The notes under the pieces were generated by a model. That model worked only from the letters and a program-made list of their open reading frames with translations. It had not been told where the DNA came from and searched no databases. A program made the translations under genes and the position numbers. A stretch of DNA of 64,000 nucleotides, from the NCBI GenBank assembly GCA_963706025.1, contig CAVPLM010000003.1:800001-864000 (forward strand), written 5' to 3'. The DNA comes from an uncultured Actinomycetes bacterium. Its GTDB lineage: Bacteria > Actinomycetota > Thermoleophilia > RBG-16-64-13. Positions 9,007-21,386 of the stretch are shown here, in pieces (position 1 is the stretch's first letter; every line of letters begins with the position of its first letter).

Positions 9007-9089
9007 GGCAGTCCTGGCGGTGCCCAATCGCTGAGGGCCCGAGCCTGGGACTCCCGCGGTCCCTCGGTTGGCCGGCGGCCCTAGTGTAA

Positions 9090-10505
<1,416 letters not shown>

Positions 10506-10571
10506 TCGCGGGTATCGGCACGATCACGGGTACCAACGCGATCACGGATATCCGGGATAGAGGAGGGGATC

Positions 10572-11882
10572 ATGGCTTCTGACCGGTTGGACGTCCTGGT
10601 GGTCGGTGGAGGCGCTCGAGAGCACGCGCTCGTCCGCAGTCTGGCGAGAAGCCCCCGGATCGGGCGGCTGATCGGCGCCCCCGGCAACCCCGGCATCGAG
10701 GATGACGCCGTGACCGTCGCCGTGGGAGCCGAGGATATCCCTGCCCTCATCGCCTTTGTGGAGCGCGAGAGGATCGACCTCACCGTCGTCGGTCCGGAGG
10801 CCCCGCTGGTAGCCGGACTGGCGGATCAGTTGCGGGACCGTGGCTTCACGGTGTTCGGCCCCGGGGCAGTGGGAGCTCGTCTGGAGGGCTCCAAGGTCTT
10901 CGCCAAGGAAGTGATGGAGACCGCGGGTGTACCCACCGGCCGGGCGGCGACCTTCACTCGGTACGAGCAGGCCCTCGCCTATCTGCGCGAGCACGGAGCC
11001 CCGGTGGTGATCAAGGCCGACGGCTTGGCGGCCGGCAAAGGGGTGATCGTGGCTCAGACCCTCGCGGAAGCGGAGGCGGCCCTGGAGCAGTGCTTCGTGG
11101 AGCGGCGCTTCGGGGAGGCGGCGAGCACCGTCCTGATCGAGGAGTATCTGGAGGGAGAAGAGGTCTCGCTCCTATCGATCGTTAGCGGCCACCAGATCTT
11201 GCCCCTTGCCCCCGCTCAGGACTACAAACGTGCTCTCGATGGAGACAGGGGCCCGAACACGGGGGGGATGGGGTCGTATTCTCCGATCCCGGCGGTGGAC
11301 GATGCGCTCTACGACCGCTTGGTCGAGGAGGTGGTGCGTCCGACGGTAGCCGAGCTTGTCCGGCGGGGGATCGACTTCAGGGGCGTCCTCTACGCTGGGC
11401 TCATGCTGACCGCCGGCGGGCCGAAGGTGCTCGAGTTCAACTGCCGCTTCGGGGATCCCGAGACGCAGGCGCTGTTACCTCGCTTGGAGTCGGATCTGCT
11501 GGAGCTGCTCTGGGCGGCCGCACGGGGAGAGGCCTTGCCTGCGACGGCCCGTTGGCGCAACGGGGCGGCTGTGGGAGTGGTCATGGCCTCGCGGGGCTAC
11601 CCGGCCTCCAGCTCGAAAGGTGATGTGATCAGCGGATTGGACGCGGTCAAGGCTCTGGATGGGGTGGAGGTCTTCCACGCGGCCACGGGTGAGACAGCCG
11701 ACCGCCGGCTGATCACGGCGGGCGGTCGGGTGATCACGGTGACCGGCCTGGGCGACACGTTCGCGGCGGCCCGGGCCCGTGCGTACGCGGGCGTGGCGGC
11801 CATCGGCTTCGAGGGCGCGCAGTATCGCAGCGACATCGCCCTGCGGGCGGAGGAGTGGGAGGCGGGCCGCGGCAGTCGCTGA
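10572..11882 (+). CDS. purD: Phosphoribosylamine-glycine ligase
   Basis: GGGAREHAL, GPEAPL, KADGLAAGKGV, GPNTGGMG, RFGDPETQ. Confidence 0.97.
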   Translation: MASDRLDVLVVGGGAREHALVRSLARSPRIGRLIGAPGNPGIEDDAVTVAVGAEDIPALIAFVERERIDLTVVGPEAPLVAGLADQLRDRGFTVFGPGAVGARLEGSKVFAKEVMETAGVPTGRAATFTRYEQALAYLREHGAPVVIKADGLAAGKGVIVAQTLAEAEAALEQCFVERRFGEAASTVLIEEYLEGEEVSLLSIVSGHQILPLAPAQDYKRALDGDRGPNTGGMGSYSPIPAVDDALYDRLVEEVVRPTVAELVRRGIDFRGVLYAGLMLTAGGPKVLEFNCRFGDPETQALLPRLESDLLELLWAAARGEALPATARWRNGAAVGVVMASRGYPASSSKGDVISGLDAVKALDGVEVFHAATGETADRRLITAGGRVITVTGLGDTFAAARARAYAGVAAIGFEGAQYRSDIALRAEEWEAGRGSR

Positions 11883-11902
11883 CCGGCTCGGCTGAGGGCG
11901 GG

Positions 11903-11980
11903 AGTGGCTGAATTTCAGCCACTCAGTGGTTGATGTTCAACCACGCAACGGTTGAATTTAAGCCCTTGAGCTTGTATTCT
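11903..11980 (+). promoter_or_regulatory. Three palindromic operators (22-bp period) overlapping a sigma70 promoter TTGAAT-N17-TATTCT
   Basis: AGTGGCTGAATTTCAGCCACT (11903), AGTGGTTGATGTTCAACCACG (11925), AACGGTTGAATTTAAGCCCTT (11947). The -10 box lies 6 nt before ATG 11987. Confidence 0.75.
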
Positions 11981-11986
11981 GTCGGT

Positions 11987-13267
11987 ATGATCGCCAGAAA
12001 CCTGATGCCACGTCTTGTCGAGGCGCTTGCCGACACTCCCGTGGTAGTGCTTCACGGGGCACGGCAGGCTGGGAAGAGCACGCTGGCAAGAATGGTCATC
12101 GAAGCCGGCTACCCCGGCCAATACCTCTCTCTGGACGACCCGGGTGTCTTCGCCGCCGCACAGGCTGACCCCGTAGGTTTTGTGCGCGCGTTTGAAGGCC
12201 CGATGGTGCTGGATGAGTGGCAGCGCGTGCCGGAACTGGCGCGGGCGATCAAGCTGGAGGTCGACCACAAACGCCTTCCAGGTCGGTTTTTGCTCACGGG
12301 CTCCGCGAGCGCTCTGATGCTTCCCCAAGCTTCTGACGCGCTGGTCGGCCGGATGGAGATCATGAACTTGTGGCCCCTTTCTCAGGGTGAGATCGAAGGT
12401 GTGCGGGACAACTTGGTGGATGTCCTCTTTCAGCCTGGCGTACCTTCGTTTCCCGCGACGGAGACCACTGGATCGTCTTTGGCGAGCCGATTGACACTGG
12501 GCGGCTATCCGGAGGCGGTCGGCCGGACGAATCCCAGCCGGCGCGGAGCTTGGTTCTCCTCCTATCTCACCTCGATCCTTCAGAGAGACGTGAGAGACCT
12601 TGCGAATATCGAGAGACTCGCCGATATGCCGCGTTTGTTGGGCCTCCTTGCTGCTCGCTCTGCGTCCCTGCTCAACTACGCTGAGCTTGCGAGCGCCCTG
12701 GCTATGCCCCAGAGTACGCTCAAGCGATACATCGGCATCCTGCAGGTCATCTTTCTGCTACGACTGCTGCCGGCATGGTCCCGCAGCCGGGGCAGACGGC
12801 TCGTCAAGGCCCCCAAGATCCTGATGACGGACCTTGGGCTGGCCACTCATTTACTAGGGGTGGACGTTGCGCGGCTCGCGGACGAACGAGTGCTCTTGGG
12901 GTCACTGGTCGAGGATTTCGTGAGCATGGAAATGATCAAACAGTTGGGTTGGAGCCAAACCGATGCCCAACCTCTGCATTTTCGCGATCATCTCGGCAAC
13001 GAGGTCGATCTGGTCTTGGAGGCGCGGGACGGCCGGCTTGTCGGGGTAGAGGTCAAAGCTGGAGTCACGGTGGGCAGCTCTGATTTCAAGGGGCTCAGGA
13101 TGCTTGCCAAGACGGCAGGTAGCGATTTCATCCGGGGAGTACTGCTCTACGGGGGTCGAGAAGTCATCCCCTTTGGAGACGCGATGCACGCCGTTCCCCT
13201 GGGAAGCCTCTGGTCGGATACCGGCCGGTGGAGCAGGCCGGAGGTCGCGGCCGCGCCCTTGTCATGA
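11987..13267 (+). CDS. AAA_14/DUF4143 ATP-binding protein, probably leaderless
   Basis: GARQAGKST Walker A, LDEWQR Walker B, LLTGS, GGYPE, KAPK, EVDLV…GVEVK nuclease-like C-terminus. Confidence 0.9.
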   Translation: MIARNLMPRLVEALADTPVVVLHGARQAGKSTLARMVIEAGYPGQYLSLDDPGVFAAAQADPVGFVRAFEGPMVLDEWQRVPELARAIKLEVDHKRLPGRFLLTGSASALMLPQASDALVGRMEIMNLWPLSQGEIEGVRDNLVDVLFQPGVPSFPATETTGSSLASRLTLGGYPEAVGRTNPSRRGAWFSSYLTSILQRDVRDLANIERLADMPRLLGLLAARSASLLNYAELASALAMPQSTLKRYIGILQVIFLLRLLPAWSRSRGRRLVKAPKILMTDLGLATHLLGVDVARLADERVLLGSLVEDFVSMEMIKQLGWSQTDAQPLHFRDHLGNEVDLVLEARDGRLVGVEVKAGVTVGSSDFKGLRMLAKTAGSDFIRGVLLYGGREVIPFGDAMHAVPLGSLWSDTGRWSRPEVAAAPLS

Positions 13268-13284
13268 CACAGAAAGGACCGGAG

Positions 13285-15081
13285 ATGGCAGGTCATCCTC
13301 TGATAGGCATTCTGATGGGTTCCGAGTCCGACGCCCCCGTGATGGACGAGGCGGTCAAGGAGCTGGAAGCCCGGGGGTTCTCCTACGAAGTCAACGTGCT
13401 CTCGGCCCATCGCGACCCCGAAGCGGTGCGGGAATACGCCTTGAGCGCGGAGTCCCGGGGCCTTAAGGTGATCATCGCCGGGGCCGGCAAGGCCGCGGCA
13501 CTGCCGGGCGTCGTCGCTTCCATGACCGACCTCCCGGTGATCGGGGTGCCGATACGCACGTCCGACCTCGGTGGGCTCGATTCGCTCCTTTCCATGGTGC
13601 AGATGCCGGCCGGCGTGCCGGTGGCCACCGTGGCCATCAACGGGGCGAGGAACGCCGCCATCCTGGCGGCCAAGATCCTGCGCGTGGCCGGGTTGGCGGC
13701 GGAGGGCGCGGCGGGGGCCACGGATGTCGAGGGAGGGGCGGATGTCGAGGGAGGGGCGGACTGGAGGGAGGGCGACGTCATGATCCCGCGCTACTCCACC
13801 CCCGAGATGGCGGCCATCTGGACCGACCAGGCCCGTATGGCCGCTTGGCTCGACGTCGAGCTGGCCGTGTGCGAGGCCTGGGCTCATCTGGGGCAGATCC
13901 CTGAGGACGCCATGAGCGAGATCAGGGAGAAGGCCGCTTTCGACGTCGACCGGGTGGACGAGATCGAAGAAGTCACCCAGCACGACGTCATCGCCTTCGT
14001 GAGCTGCGTGGCCGAGAACGTAGGGGAGTGCTCCAAGTACATCCACTACGGGCTCACGTCGTCCGACGTGCTCGACACCGGGCTGGCTCTGCAGTTGCGG
14101 GCCGCAGGAGCCTTGCTCGAGGAGGAGACCAGAAGGCTGGGCCGGATCCTTCAGGGCCGAGCTCTGGAGCACCGAGACACGGTCATGATCGGGCGCACCC
14201 ACGGGGTGCACGCCGAGCCCATAACGTTCGGGATGGTGCTGGGGCTGTGGGCCTTCGAGGTACAGCGCGGCCTGCACCGGCTCGAGCGCGCGGTGCAGCA
14301 GGTCTCGGTGGGCAAGATATCCGGGGCCGTGGGCAGCTATGCCAATGTCGATCCGCAGGTGGAGCAGATCACGATGTCCATCCTGGACCTGGGCGTAGCC
14401 CCGATCTCTACCCAGATAGTGCAGCGTGACCGCCACGCCGAGTTCATGGCCGCCCTGGCGCTGCTCGCCACCACCATCGAGAAGATCGCCCTGCAGGTGC
14501 GCCACTATCAGCGCACCGAGGTCCTGGAGGCCGAGGAGTACTTCGCTCCCGGGCAGAAGGGCTCTTCGGCCATGCCGCACAAGCGCAACCCCATCATCTC
14601 CGAGCGTCTCTGCGGCCAGGCCCGGATCATCCGGGGGAACATGCTCGCCGCTTTCGAGAACGTCGCCCTGTGGCACGAGCGCGATATCAGTCACTCGAGC
14701 GCGGAGCGGATCATCCTACCCGACAGTACGATCCTCCTGCACTACATGCTCAAGAAGGCCTGCTGGTTGGTGGACAAGCTGAATGTCTACCCCGATAACA
14801 TGGCCGCCAACCTGGAGAAGAGCTTCGGCCTGGTCTACAGCCAGAGGGTGCTCCTCGCGCTGGTGGAAGCCGGCATGCTCCGCGACGACGCCTACAAGAT
14901 GGTGCAGCGGAGCGCAATGAAGGCCTGGGAAGAGAAGAGCTCCTTTCAGAGTCTGCTGAACGCCGATCCCGAGGTCGGCGAGCGGCTGTCGGAGGCCGAG
15001 ATCGAAGCCCTATTCGAGCCCGGCTACCAGCTCCGGAACATCGGCGTGATCTTCGACCGGGTGGCCGCCCTGGAGTGGTAG
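13285..15081 (+). CDS. purE/purB: In-frame PurE (AIR carboxylase/mutase)-PurB (adenylosuccinate lyase) fusion ORF; internal purB ATG at 13780
   Basis: [27 protein letters not shown], then MIPRYS…TSSD…GRTHG…[10 protein letters not shown] with no stop between the two parts. Confidence 0.9.
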   Translation: MAGHPLIGILMGSESDAPVMDEAVKELEARGFSYEVNVLSAHRDPEAVREYALSAESRGLKVIIAGAGKAAALPGVVASMTDLPVIGVPIRTSDLGGLDSLLSMVQMPAGVPVATVAINGARNAAILAAKILRVAGLAAEGAAGATDVEGGADVEGGADWREGDVMIPRYSTPEMAAIWTDQARMAAWLDVELAVCEAWAHLGQIPEDAMSEIREKAAFDVDRVDEIEEVTQHDVIAFVSCVAENVGECSKYIHYGLTSSDVLDTGLALQLRAAGALLEEETRRLGRILQGRALEHRDTVMIGRTHGVHAEPITFGMVLGLWAFEVQRGLHRLERAVQQVSVGKISGAVGSYANVDPQVEQITMSILDLGVAPISTQIVQRDRHAEFMAALALLATTIEKIALQVRHYQRTEVLEAEEYFAPGQKGSSAMPHKRNPIISERLCGQARIIRGNMLAAFENVALWHERDISHSSAERIILPDSTILLHYMLKKACWLVDKLNVYPDNMAANLEKSFGLVYSQRVLLALVEAGMLRDDAYKMVQRSAMKAWEEKSSFQSLLNADPEVGERLSEAEIEALFEPGYQLRNIGVIFDRVAALEW

Positions 15082-15250
15082 GGGGGCTGTGTGGGGCGCC
15101 CACGGCAGCGAGACCGACAGGTCAGGTCTCCGTCTCCCTCCAAAGGTGTACCCGCGGTCTATGTTGCTCGGGGTATGTTGTGGTCATGGCTACGCAGGCG
15201 GGTATAATCCCATCGAATCGAACCCTGTCTGTGATCACGGAAGGTGGTAC

Positions 15251-15472
15251 GTGAAACTGGAGTTTACCGCCGTTTTTGAGGAAGTGTCTGAGGGCTTCAT
15301 CGGCTACGTCGAGGAGCTCCCCGGCGCCAACACTCAGGGCGCGACCCTCGACGAGGCGCGGACCAACCTGGCGGAGGCTGTGGAGCTTGTGCTGGAGAGC
15401 AACCGTTCGCTGGTTGAAAAGGGCCTTGGCACCCGGAAGATCATCCGCGAGCCGCTTCGCATCAGCGCGTGA
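15251..15472 (+). CDS. hicB: HicB-family antitoxin (short, no DNA-binding domain)
   Basis: GFIGYVEELPGANTQGATLDEARTNLAEA. Confidence 0.88.
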   Translation: MKLEFTAVFEEVSEGFIGYVEELPGANTQGATLDEARTNLAEAVELVLESNRSLVEKGLGTRKIIREPLRISA

Positions 15473-15654
15473 GGCGGATCGACCTCATTCGACATCTGCG
15501 CACCTATGGCTGTGAACTCCTGCGGGAGGGTGGGAGCCACTCGGTATTCGTCAATCGATCTGTTGGCAAGGTGTCTACAGTGCCTCGGCACCGGCGAATC
15601 AACGATCTTCTCTCCCGGAAGATCTGCCGCGATCTTGAGATTCCGGAGCCGTGA
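15469..15654 (+). CDS. hicA: HicA-family toxin
   Basis: LLREGGSHSVF…TVPRH…ICRDL; GTGA overlap with hicB. Confidence 0.88.
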   Translation: MRRIDLIRHLRTYGCELLREGGSHSVFVNRSVGKVSTVPRHRRINDLLSRKICRDLEIPEP

Positions 15655-15934
15655 CGCCTTCTAGCGAACTCGATTGGCCCCGCGTCTAGAACTGCGCGGG
15701 CTCTGAAGCTGATAGAATCGAACCCGGTTCAGTTCCCCGCCGCGAGGAGCACGATGACGCGTGTCGCAGTGCCCGAGTACGATCAGGAGAGAGCTCGAAG
15801 AGGGCTGTTTCCGTCGCGACCTCGGCGGGGTAGAGAAGGCGTGACCTTCCGGTCGAAGATCGACTATATGCTGGAGGGGCGCTCATGATGAGGCGTTTCC
15901 CGAGATGGGCTCAGAGGTCGAGGAGGGATGACTG

Positions 15935-16249
15935 ATGGCCGGCCAGACCGTATGTCCGCGCTGCGGAGCGCGTGACTCCTTCATGAAGGGCTATCTGCCG
16001 GAGACCTGCGTATGCCAGCGATGCCTGAGTCAACTCGACTGGCGCGAGATCCCCGGCTGTGGGCCGGACTGCAACCCGGTCGAGCCCGAGGCCGCACCGG
16101 AGCCCCCGGCCCCGATCTATGTGGCCGCGGCCGCTGCGCCCAATGGAGGCGCCGGCGAGGGAGACGCGGGGGACGAGGGCGCAAAACCCGCCGGGGAAGC
16201 GCCCGGAGAAGACCCCGCAGCGTGCCGCCCCGAGGATGGGGAGCGGTAG
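15935..16249 (+). CDS. Small Cys-rich (CxxC…CxxC) hypothetical protein
   Basis: RBS GAGGAGG; CPRCG…CQRC…CGPDC followed by a low-complexity tail. Confidence 0.55.
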   Translation: MAGQTVCPRCGARDSFMKGYLPETCVCQRCLSQLDWREIPGCGPDCNPVEPEAAPEPPAPIYVAAAAAPNGGAGEGDAGDEGAKPAGEAPGEDPAACRPEDGER

Positions 16250-16273
16250 CGTTCATGTCCGAACTATGGGGGA

Positions 16274-17722
16274 GTGATGCGGGACTTCCGGCAGGATGAC
16301 TCGCCTCATGACGCCTGCGGGGTGTTCGCGATCTACGCCCCGGAGATGGATGTCGCCCGCCTCACCTTCTTCGCCCTCTTCGCGCTCCAACACCGGGGCC
16401 AGGAATCGGCCGGCATCGCCGTCACCGATGGCGCCCGGCTCATCGTCCACAAGGACATGGGTCTGGTCTCTCAGGTGTTCGAGGAGGAGATCCTCCAGAC
16501 TCTACCCGGGCAGTTGGCCATCGGTCACGTGCGCTACTCCACCACAGGATCGAGCGAGATGCGCAACGCGCAGCCCTTCGCCCGCACTCGCGACGGCTCC
16601 TTCATTGCCCTGGCTCACAACGGCAACCTGGTCAACACCGACGAGCTTCGGGCTCACCTAGTCCAGAACGGCCACATCTTCGAGAGCACCTCCGACACGG
16701 AGGTCATCGCCGCCCTGTTGGCCGAGCACCCCTCGCGCGACATCCGGGAGGCTTTGCGCGACATCATCCCCCAACTGCGGGGCGCCTTCAGCGCGGTGCT
16801 GCTCACCAAGGACGAGGTGATCGGCTTCCGCGATCCCTACGGTGTCCGCCCGCTGGTGCTGGGCAGATTGGAGAATCGCTACTGCCTGGCCAGCGAGTCG
16901 GCCGGCCTCGACATCGTGGGCGCTCGGCTGGTGCGCGAGATCGAGCCGGGGGAGATCTGCCTGATCGATAAGGACGGTTACCATATCGAGCAGGTGGTTG
17001 ACCGCAGGCGGGAAGCGCTGTGCGTCTTCGAGTTCATCTACTTCGCCCGCCCCGACTCGGTGATGAAGGGCCAGACCCTCTACAACGCCCGCAGCCGCAT
17101 GGGGGAGGAATTAGCCGCGGAGTCTCCGGCCGACGTCGATCTGGTCATCCCCGTGCCCGACACCGGCAACTCGGCCGCCATCGGTTACGCGGCCCGGAGT
17201 GGCATCACTTACGGCGAGGCGCTCATCAAGAACCGCTACATCGGCCGCACCTTCATCAATCCCGAAGACCGGGTACGCAAGCTCGGCATCAGGATGAAGT
17301 TCAACCCTCTGAGCTCGGCGATCCGGGGCAAACGGCTGGTGGTGGTGGACGACTCCATCGTGCGGGGCAACACCACCCGGGCTCTGGTGCGGGTATTGTT
17401 CGAGGCGGGGGCCTTGGAAGTGCACCTGCGCATCAGCTCTCCCCCGATCGTGTTCCCCTGCTTCTATGGCATCGACATGGCCGATCAGGACGAGTTCATC
17501 GCCTTCGGCAAGAGCATCGACGAGATCAGCCGGGAGCTAGGGGCGACCTCGGTCGCCTACCTGTCGCTTGAAGGTCTCATGCGGGCGACGAGAGTGAGGG
17601 ACGGGGAGAGCTGCTTCTGTACGGCCTGCTTCACCGGCGACTATCCCTGTGAGGTGCCGGAGCACCTGCGTTGCTCCAAGTTCCGCTACGAAGCGGAAGC
17701 CTGCGCGGCGCTACAGCGGTAG
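16274..17722 (+). CDS. purF: Amidophosphoribosyltransferase
   Basis: Propeptide then CGVF, LQHRGQESAG, HNGNL, VDDSIVRGNT and Fe-S CxxC. Confidence 0.97.
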   Translation: MMRDFRQDDSPHDACGVFAIYAPEMDVARLTFFALFALQHRGQESAGIAVTDGARLIVHKDMGLVSQVFEEEILQTLPGQLAIGHVRYSTTGSSEMRNAQPFARTRDGSFIALAHNGNLVNTDELRAHLVQNGHIFESTSDTEVIAALLAEHPSRDIREALRDIIPQLRGAFSAVLLTKDEVIGFRDPYGVRPLVLGRLENRYCLASESAGLDIVGARLVREIEPGEICLIDKDGYHIEQVVDRRREALCVFEFIYFARPDSVMKGQTLYNARSRMGEELAAESPADVDLVIPVPDTGNSAAIGYAARSGITYGEALIKNRYIGRTFINPEDRVRKLGIRMKFNPLSSAIRGKRLVVVDDSIVRGNTTRALVRVLFEAGALEVHLRISSPPIVFPCFYGIDMADQDEFIAFGKSIDEISRELGATSVAYLSLEGLMRATRVRDGESCFCTACFTGDYPCEVPEHLRCSKFRYEAEACAALQR

Positions 17723-17723
17723 A

Positions 17724-17785
17724 TGCGCGGCGCCAGGCCCGCGGCGCCAGGCCCGCGGGTGCGCGGCGCCAGGCCCGCGACGCCG
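17724..17785. repeat. Short GC-rich tandem repeat (GCGGCGCCAGGCCC, 3 copies) between convergent genes
   Basis: Directly visible in the sequence. Confidence 0.7.
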
Positions 17786-17810
17786 GATACGCCGGCGGTG
17801 GATCCGCGCG

Positions 17811-19164
17811 CTAGACCTTCTCCACGGCCTCGGTGCTGCCGGCGACCTCCACCGCTCCCGCGGCCAGCAACTCCCCGACCAGCGCAGTCGCCTCCCCGCC
17901 GCTGAGATCTCGTTCTTCGATGGGCGGCCGCCCCACGATCACCACTTTCTTGCCGCCCTGGGCCGCCCGGAGGGCCACCCGCAAAGGCTCCAGGTTACCC
18001 TGCCCGAAGAAGACCGGGGCCACCACCAGCACGTCCGTCTCCGCGACCAGGGACTCCATCTCGGCCACCGCCTCGGCCGGGAAGGGCTGGAACGGGGGCG
18101 CCGACACCACCTCCAGCTCGTAGCGCTGGGCCGTGGCGTAGTCGGTGTCGAAGACGCTCACGATGCCGATCGTGGGCGCGTATCCGCGCAGGACGAGCTC
18201 TTCCATCAGTTCCGAGGCCGCGCCTCCGCCTGCGATCACGTGCACCTTCGTGCCCTCGCCTTCGAGCCCGGCCTCGTGGGATCTGGACCATAGCGGGGTG
18301 AGATAGGGTCGCTGTCCCTGCCTGTGGACGGTCACCCGGACTTTGAACACTTCCAGGATCAATGTCGGGTCAAGGATGTCCGTTGCTGTCCCCCGGGCCG
18401 CTACCCGGCCTCTGTCGAGCAAGATCAGTTCCTCACAGTACTGGGCGGCGATGTTGAGGTCGTGCAGCACCACGGCGATGGTCCGGCCGGCGGCATGGAG
18501 GGAACCGAGGAGCTGCATGATCTCGAGCTGGTGGTTGAGGTCGAGGTTGTTGAGCGGCTCATCGAGGAGCAGGACCGGTGTCTCCTGCGCCAGTGTCTGG
18601 GCGATGAGGGCCCGCTGGCGCTCGCCCCCGGAAAGCTCGGTGACCGACCGCCCGGCAAGGGCGATCATACCGGTGGCTTCGAGCGCGGCGGCGACGGCTG
18701 CGCCGTCGGCCGCCGCGCCTGCGGTCGCGCGGCCTCGACCACCGTGGGCGTAGCGGCCCATGGCCACCATCTCCTCAACAGTAAAGTTAAAGTCGAGGTT
18801 GAACTGCTGGGGCACCACTCCTACCATGCGCGCGAGCTGCGCCGCCTGATACTGGTGGACCGGCCGGCCTTCGAAAAGGACCTCACCGGCCGAAGGACGT
18901 ACGCCCCCCGTGAGCGCGCGGAGCAGGGTGGTCTTGCCCGAGCCGTTCGGGCCGAGGATGCCCAGCGAAGGAGCCGCGCGCGACCTGGAGGTCGAGAGGA
19001 CCGAGTACCGGCTGCCCTCCTAGAGTCACCTCGAGCCCGCGGATGTCGTAGACCGGTGCGGTGCCGGCGGCTACAGGGCTGACGGTGCTGGGGGTGTCGG
19101 CGGGGCGGGTGCGGGCGCTCTCCTCCCGCTCAGGGGGCTGATCCATCGTCATGTCCCGCGTCAT
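17811..19164 (-). CDS. btuD: Cobalamin/Fe-siderophore ABC transporter ATPase; 1-nt frameshift near 18961
   Basis: Walker A ILGPNGSGKTT is restored by removing one base; LSGGERQR and LLLDEP motifs; extra C-terminal domain. Confidence 0.85.
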
Positions 19165-19165
19165 G

Positions 19166-20206
19166 TCACGCCCCCTTCCGTACGCGCAGCAGATACAGGA
19201 AGAAGGGTCCGCCGACGGCTGCTGTGATGACCCCCACCGGGATCTCAGCCGGCGCGAGGGCGGTGCGGGCCACGGTGTCGGCGACGAGCAGCAGTAGAGC
19301 CCCGAAGAGAGCCGAGGCCGGAAGGAGGCGGCGGTGGTCCGGTCCTACCAAGAGCCGCATGATGTGCGGGACCATGAGTCCCACGAAGCCGATGAGGCCG
19401 GAGAACGCCACGGCGGCGGCGGTGGTGAGCGCGGCGACGATCATGAGGTTCCGTCGAGTGCGTTGGCTGTCCACTCCCAGCTCCTGGGCCCGTTCTTCGC
19501 CCATGAGGAGAAGGTTCATCCTCCGCGACATGAGCATCATGAAGACGAAGCCGGCCCCCACGACCGGCAGGGTGATGTAGACCTTGGTCCAGGTGGCGGT
19601 GGTGAGGCCGCCCATCAGCCAGACGACCACCGTGTGCAGGTCGCTCTCGGTGGCGACCATGAGGAACGACATCATCGCCGTGAGCGTGGAGCCGACGGCC
19701 ACCCCGGACAGCAGCAGTGAGGCGATCCCGGTACGCCCACCGAAGGTAGCGACTCGGTAGACGAGGAAGGCTGCCAGGGTTGCTCCGACGAAGGCGAGAA
19801 GGGGCACCGTATAGATCCCGAGGGAGGTGAGAGGCTTCGAGACGATGGCGATAGTCGCCCCCAGGCCGGCTCCCGCGGACACGCCCAGCAGGTAGGGCTC
19901 GGCCAAAGGATTGCGGAATATGCCTTGGAAGGAGGCGCCTGCGGTCGACAGCGCGGCGCCCGTGATAAGGGCCAGCATGATACGAGGCAAGCGCAGATCG
20001 AGGAGGAGGCGCGGCGCCCACTCGGGGAAATCACCCACGGCGTCGGTCCCATGACGGACGATACCGCCAAGGGCTCTGAGGGCCTCAGCGACGGAGAGAC
20101 CCGCCGCGCCGATCACTCCGGCCGCGAGCACGCCTGCCACCAGGGCGGCCACCAGTACCGCCATGACCAAGCGGTAGTTCCTGCGGCGATCGCTACTCGC
20201 AGCCAT
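19166..20206 (-). CDS. btuC: Cobalamin ABC transporter permease (FecCD family)
   Basis: LRLPR, FRNPLAEP, GLIGFVGLMVPH. Confidence 0.92.
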   Translation of the reverse strand: MAASSDRRRNYRLVMAVLVAALVAGVLAAGVIGAAGLSVAEALRALGGIVRHGTDAVGDFPEWAPRLLLDLRLPRIMLALITGAALSTAGASFQGIFRNPLAEPYLLGVSAGAGLGATIAIVSKPLTSLGIYTVPLLAFVGATLAAFLVYRVATFGGRTGIASLLLSGVAVGSTLTAMMSFLMVATESDLHTVVVWLMGGLTTATWTKVYITLPVVGAGFVFMMLMSRRMNLLLMGEERAQELGVDSQRTRRNLMIVAALTTAAAVAFSGLIGFVGLMVPHIMRLLVGPDHRRLLPASALFGALLLLVADTVARTALAPAEIPVGVITAAVGGPFFLYLLRVRKGA

Positions 20207-20327
20207 AGTCGCGACTCCTGTCTCGACCGTCTCGACCGGGGCGCGGGCCCTTCGCGGCCCGCGCCCACCCGGCGCCGGCTCCCCGAGCGCGGGGAGCCGG
20301 CGCCGAGACCGGTCGTGATCCCAGGGG

Positions 20328-21386
20328 CTAGAAGACCCCGGGATGAATGGCTTCCGCCAATACCTTGAGGCCTTCCCCGACGCGCGGTCCCGGCCGCGTG
20401 ATCAGCACGTCATCGACCACGAGGACGCGCCCTTCCTTGACCGCGGTGAGTCCGGCGAAACGTGGGTCGGCCGTGAACTCATCCGCCGTGGCATAGATGC
20501 TCCCGGGGAGGAGGATCACGTCCGGATCGGCCGCCACCAGCTGCTCGGGGGCGAACTGGTAGTAGGCCTGCGCGGCAGCGCTGTCGGCGCCGGGCATCGA
20601 AGCCACGTTGGTGGCGTTCACCAGGGTCAGCAACTCGTCCACGAAAGAACCGGGACCTGCGGTCCACAAGGTGTTGTCTAGGGCGTAGAAGACCGCGGGC
20701 GATTCTCCTGTCGCCGCCGCGGCTTCGGTGACCTCTTTGATCTGTGCTTTCATCGACTCCACCAGTTCCGCGGCTCTCCCTGTAGCCCCGGTGGCTGCGC
20801 CCACCATGGCGATATTGGCGTAGATCTGTTCCAGCGTCATGGGGTTGAGTATGAGCACAGGCGCCCCGGCAGCTTGGACCGGCGCGAGGGCTTCCTCATT
20901 GCCGGAGTAGCCCACTACCAGGTCGGGGCTGAGGGCCATCACCGCCTCGGTGTTGGCCTGGAAGTCACCGATCTTGGCGATAGCGGCCGCTTCGGGCGGG
21001 TAGTCGTCCAGCGAGCTGACGCCGACCACCCGGTCTCCCACCCCGAGGGCGAACAATATCTCGGTGTTCGCGGGAGCGGTGGACACGATGCGCATGGGCT
21101 TCGCCTCGATGGTCGCACCGGTTCCATTGTCGTCGGTCAGCGCCACCGGGAAGGTTCCCTCAGCCGGTTCGGCCGCGGTCGACGCGGCCGCGGTTGTCGC
21201 GGTCTGGTCGGCCGCTTCGGTGTCGTCTGACCCACAGCCGGAGATCAGCAGCGAGCCCGCGACCAGCATGAGGGCGGCGCACGTCAAGGCGGCCAGATAG
21301 AAGAGGATCACTGACGATGAGCGCTGCCAGGATGGCAGCAGGTGGGGCCCCGCCGATGCGCGGCGCGGCGTCCGGTGTCCGTTCAT
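20328..21386 (-). CDS. btuF: Cobalamin ABC transporter substrate-binding lipoprotein
   Basis: ISGC lipobox, RIVSTAPANTEIL, TRPGPR; lies downstream of the B12 riboswitch. Confidence 0.9.
   Translation of the reverse strand: MNGHRTPRRASAGPHLLPSWQRSSSVILFYLAALTCAALMLVAGSLLISGCGSDDTEAADQTATTAAASTAAEPAEGTFPVALTDDNGTGATIEAKPMRIVSTAPANTEILFALGVGDRVVGVSSLDDYPPEAAAIAKIGDFQANTEAVMALSPDLVVGYSGNEEALAPVQAAGAPVLILNPMTLEQIYANIAMVGAATGATGRAAELVESMKAQIKEVTEAAAATGESPAVFYALDNTLWTAGPGSFVDELLTLVNATNVASMPGADSAAAQAYYQFAPEQLVAADPDVILLPGSIYATADEFTADPRFAGLTAVKEGRVLVVDDVLITRPGPRVGEGLKVLAEAIHPGVF

Noticed and set aside
7507-9027. Long antisense ORFs (e.g. 7507..9027, 13147..14694, 22934..24361, 34011..35744)
   Set aside because: These are shadow frames of real genes in high-GC DNA, with no recognisable motifs
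18955-18970. Programmed ribosomal frameshift in btuD
   Set aside because: There is no slippery heptamer or stimulatory structure; an indel is the simpler explanation
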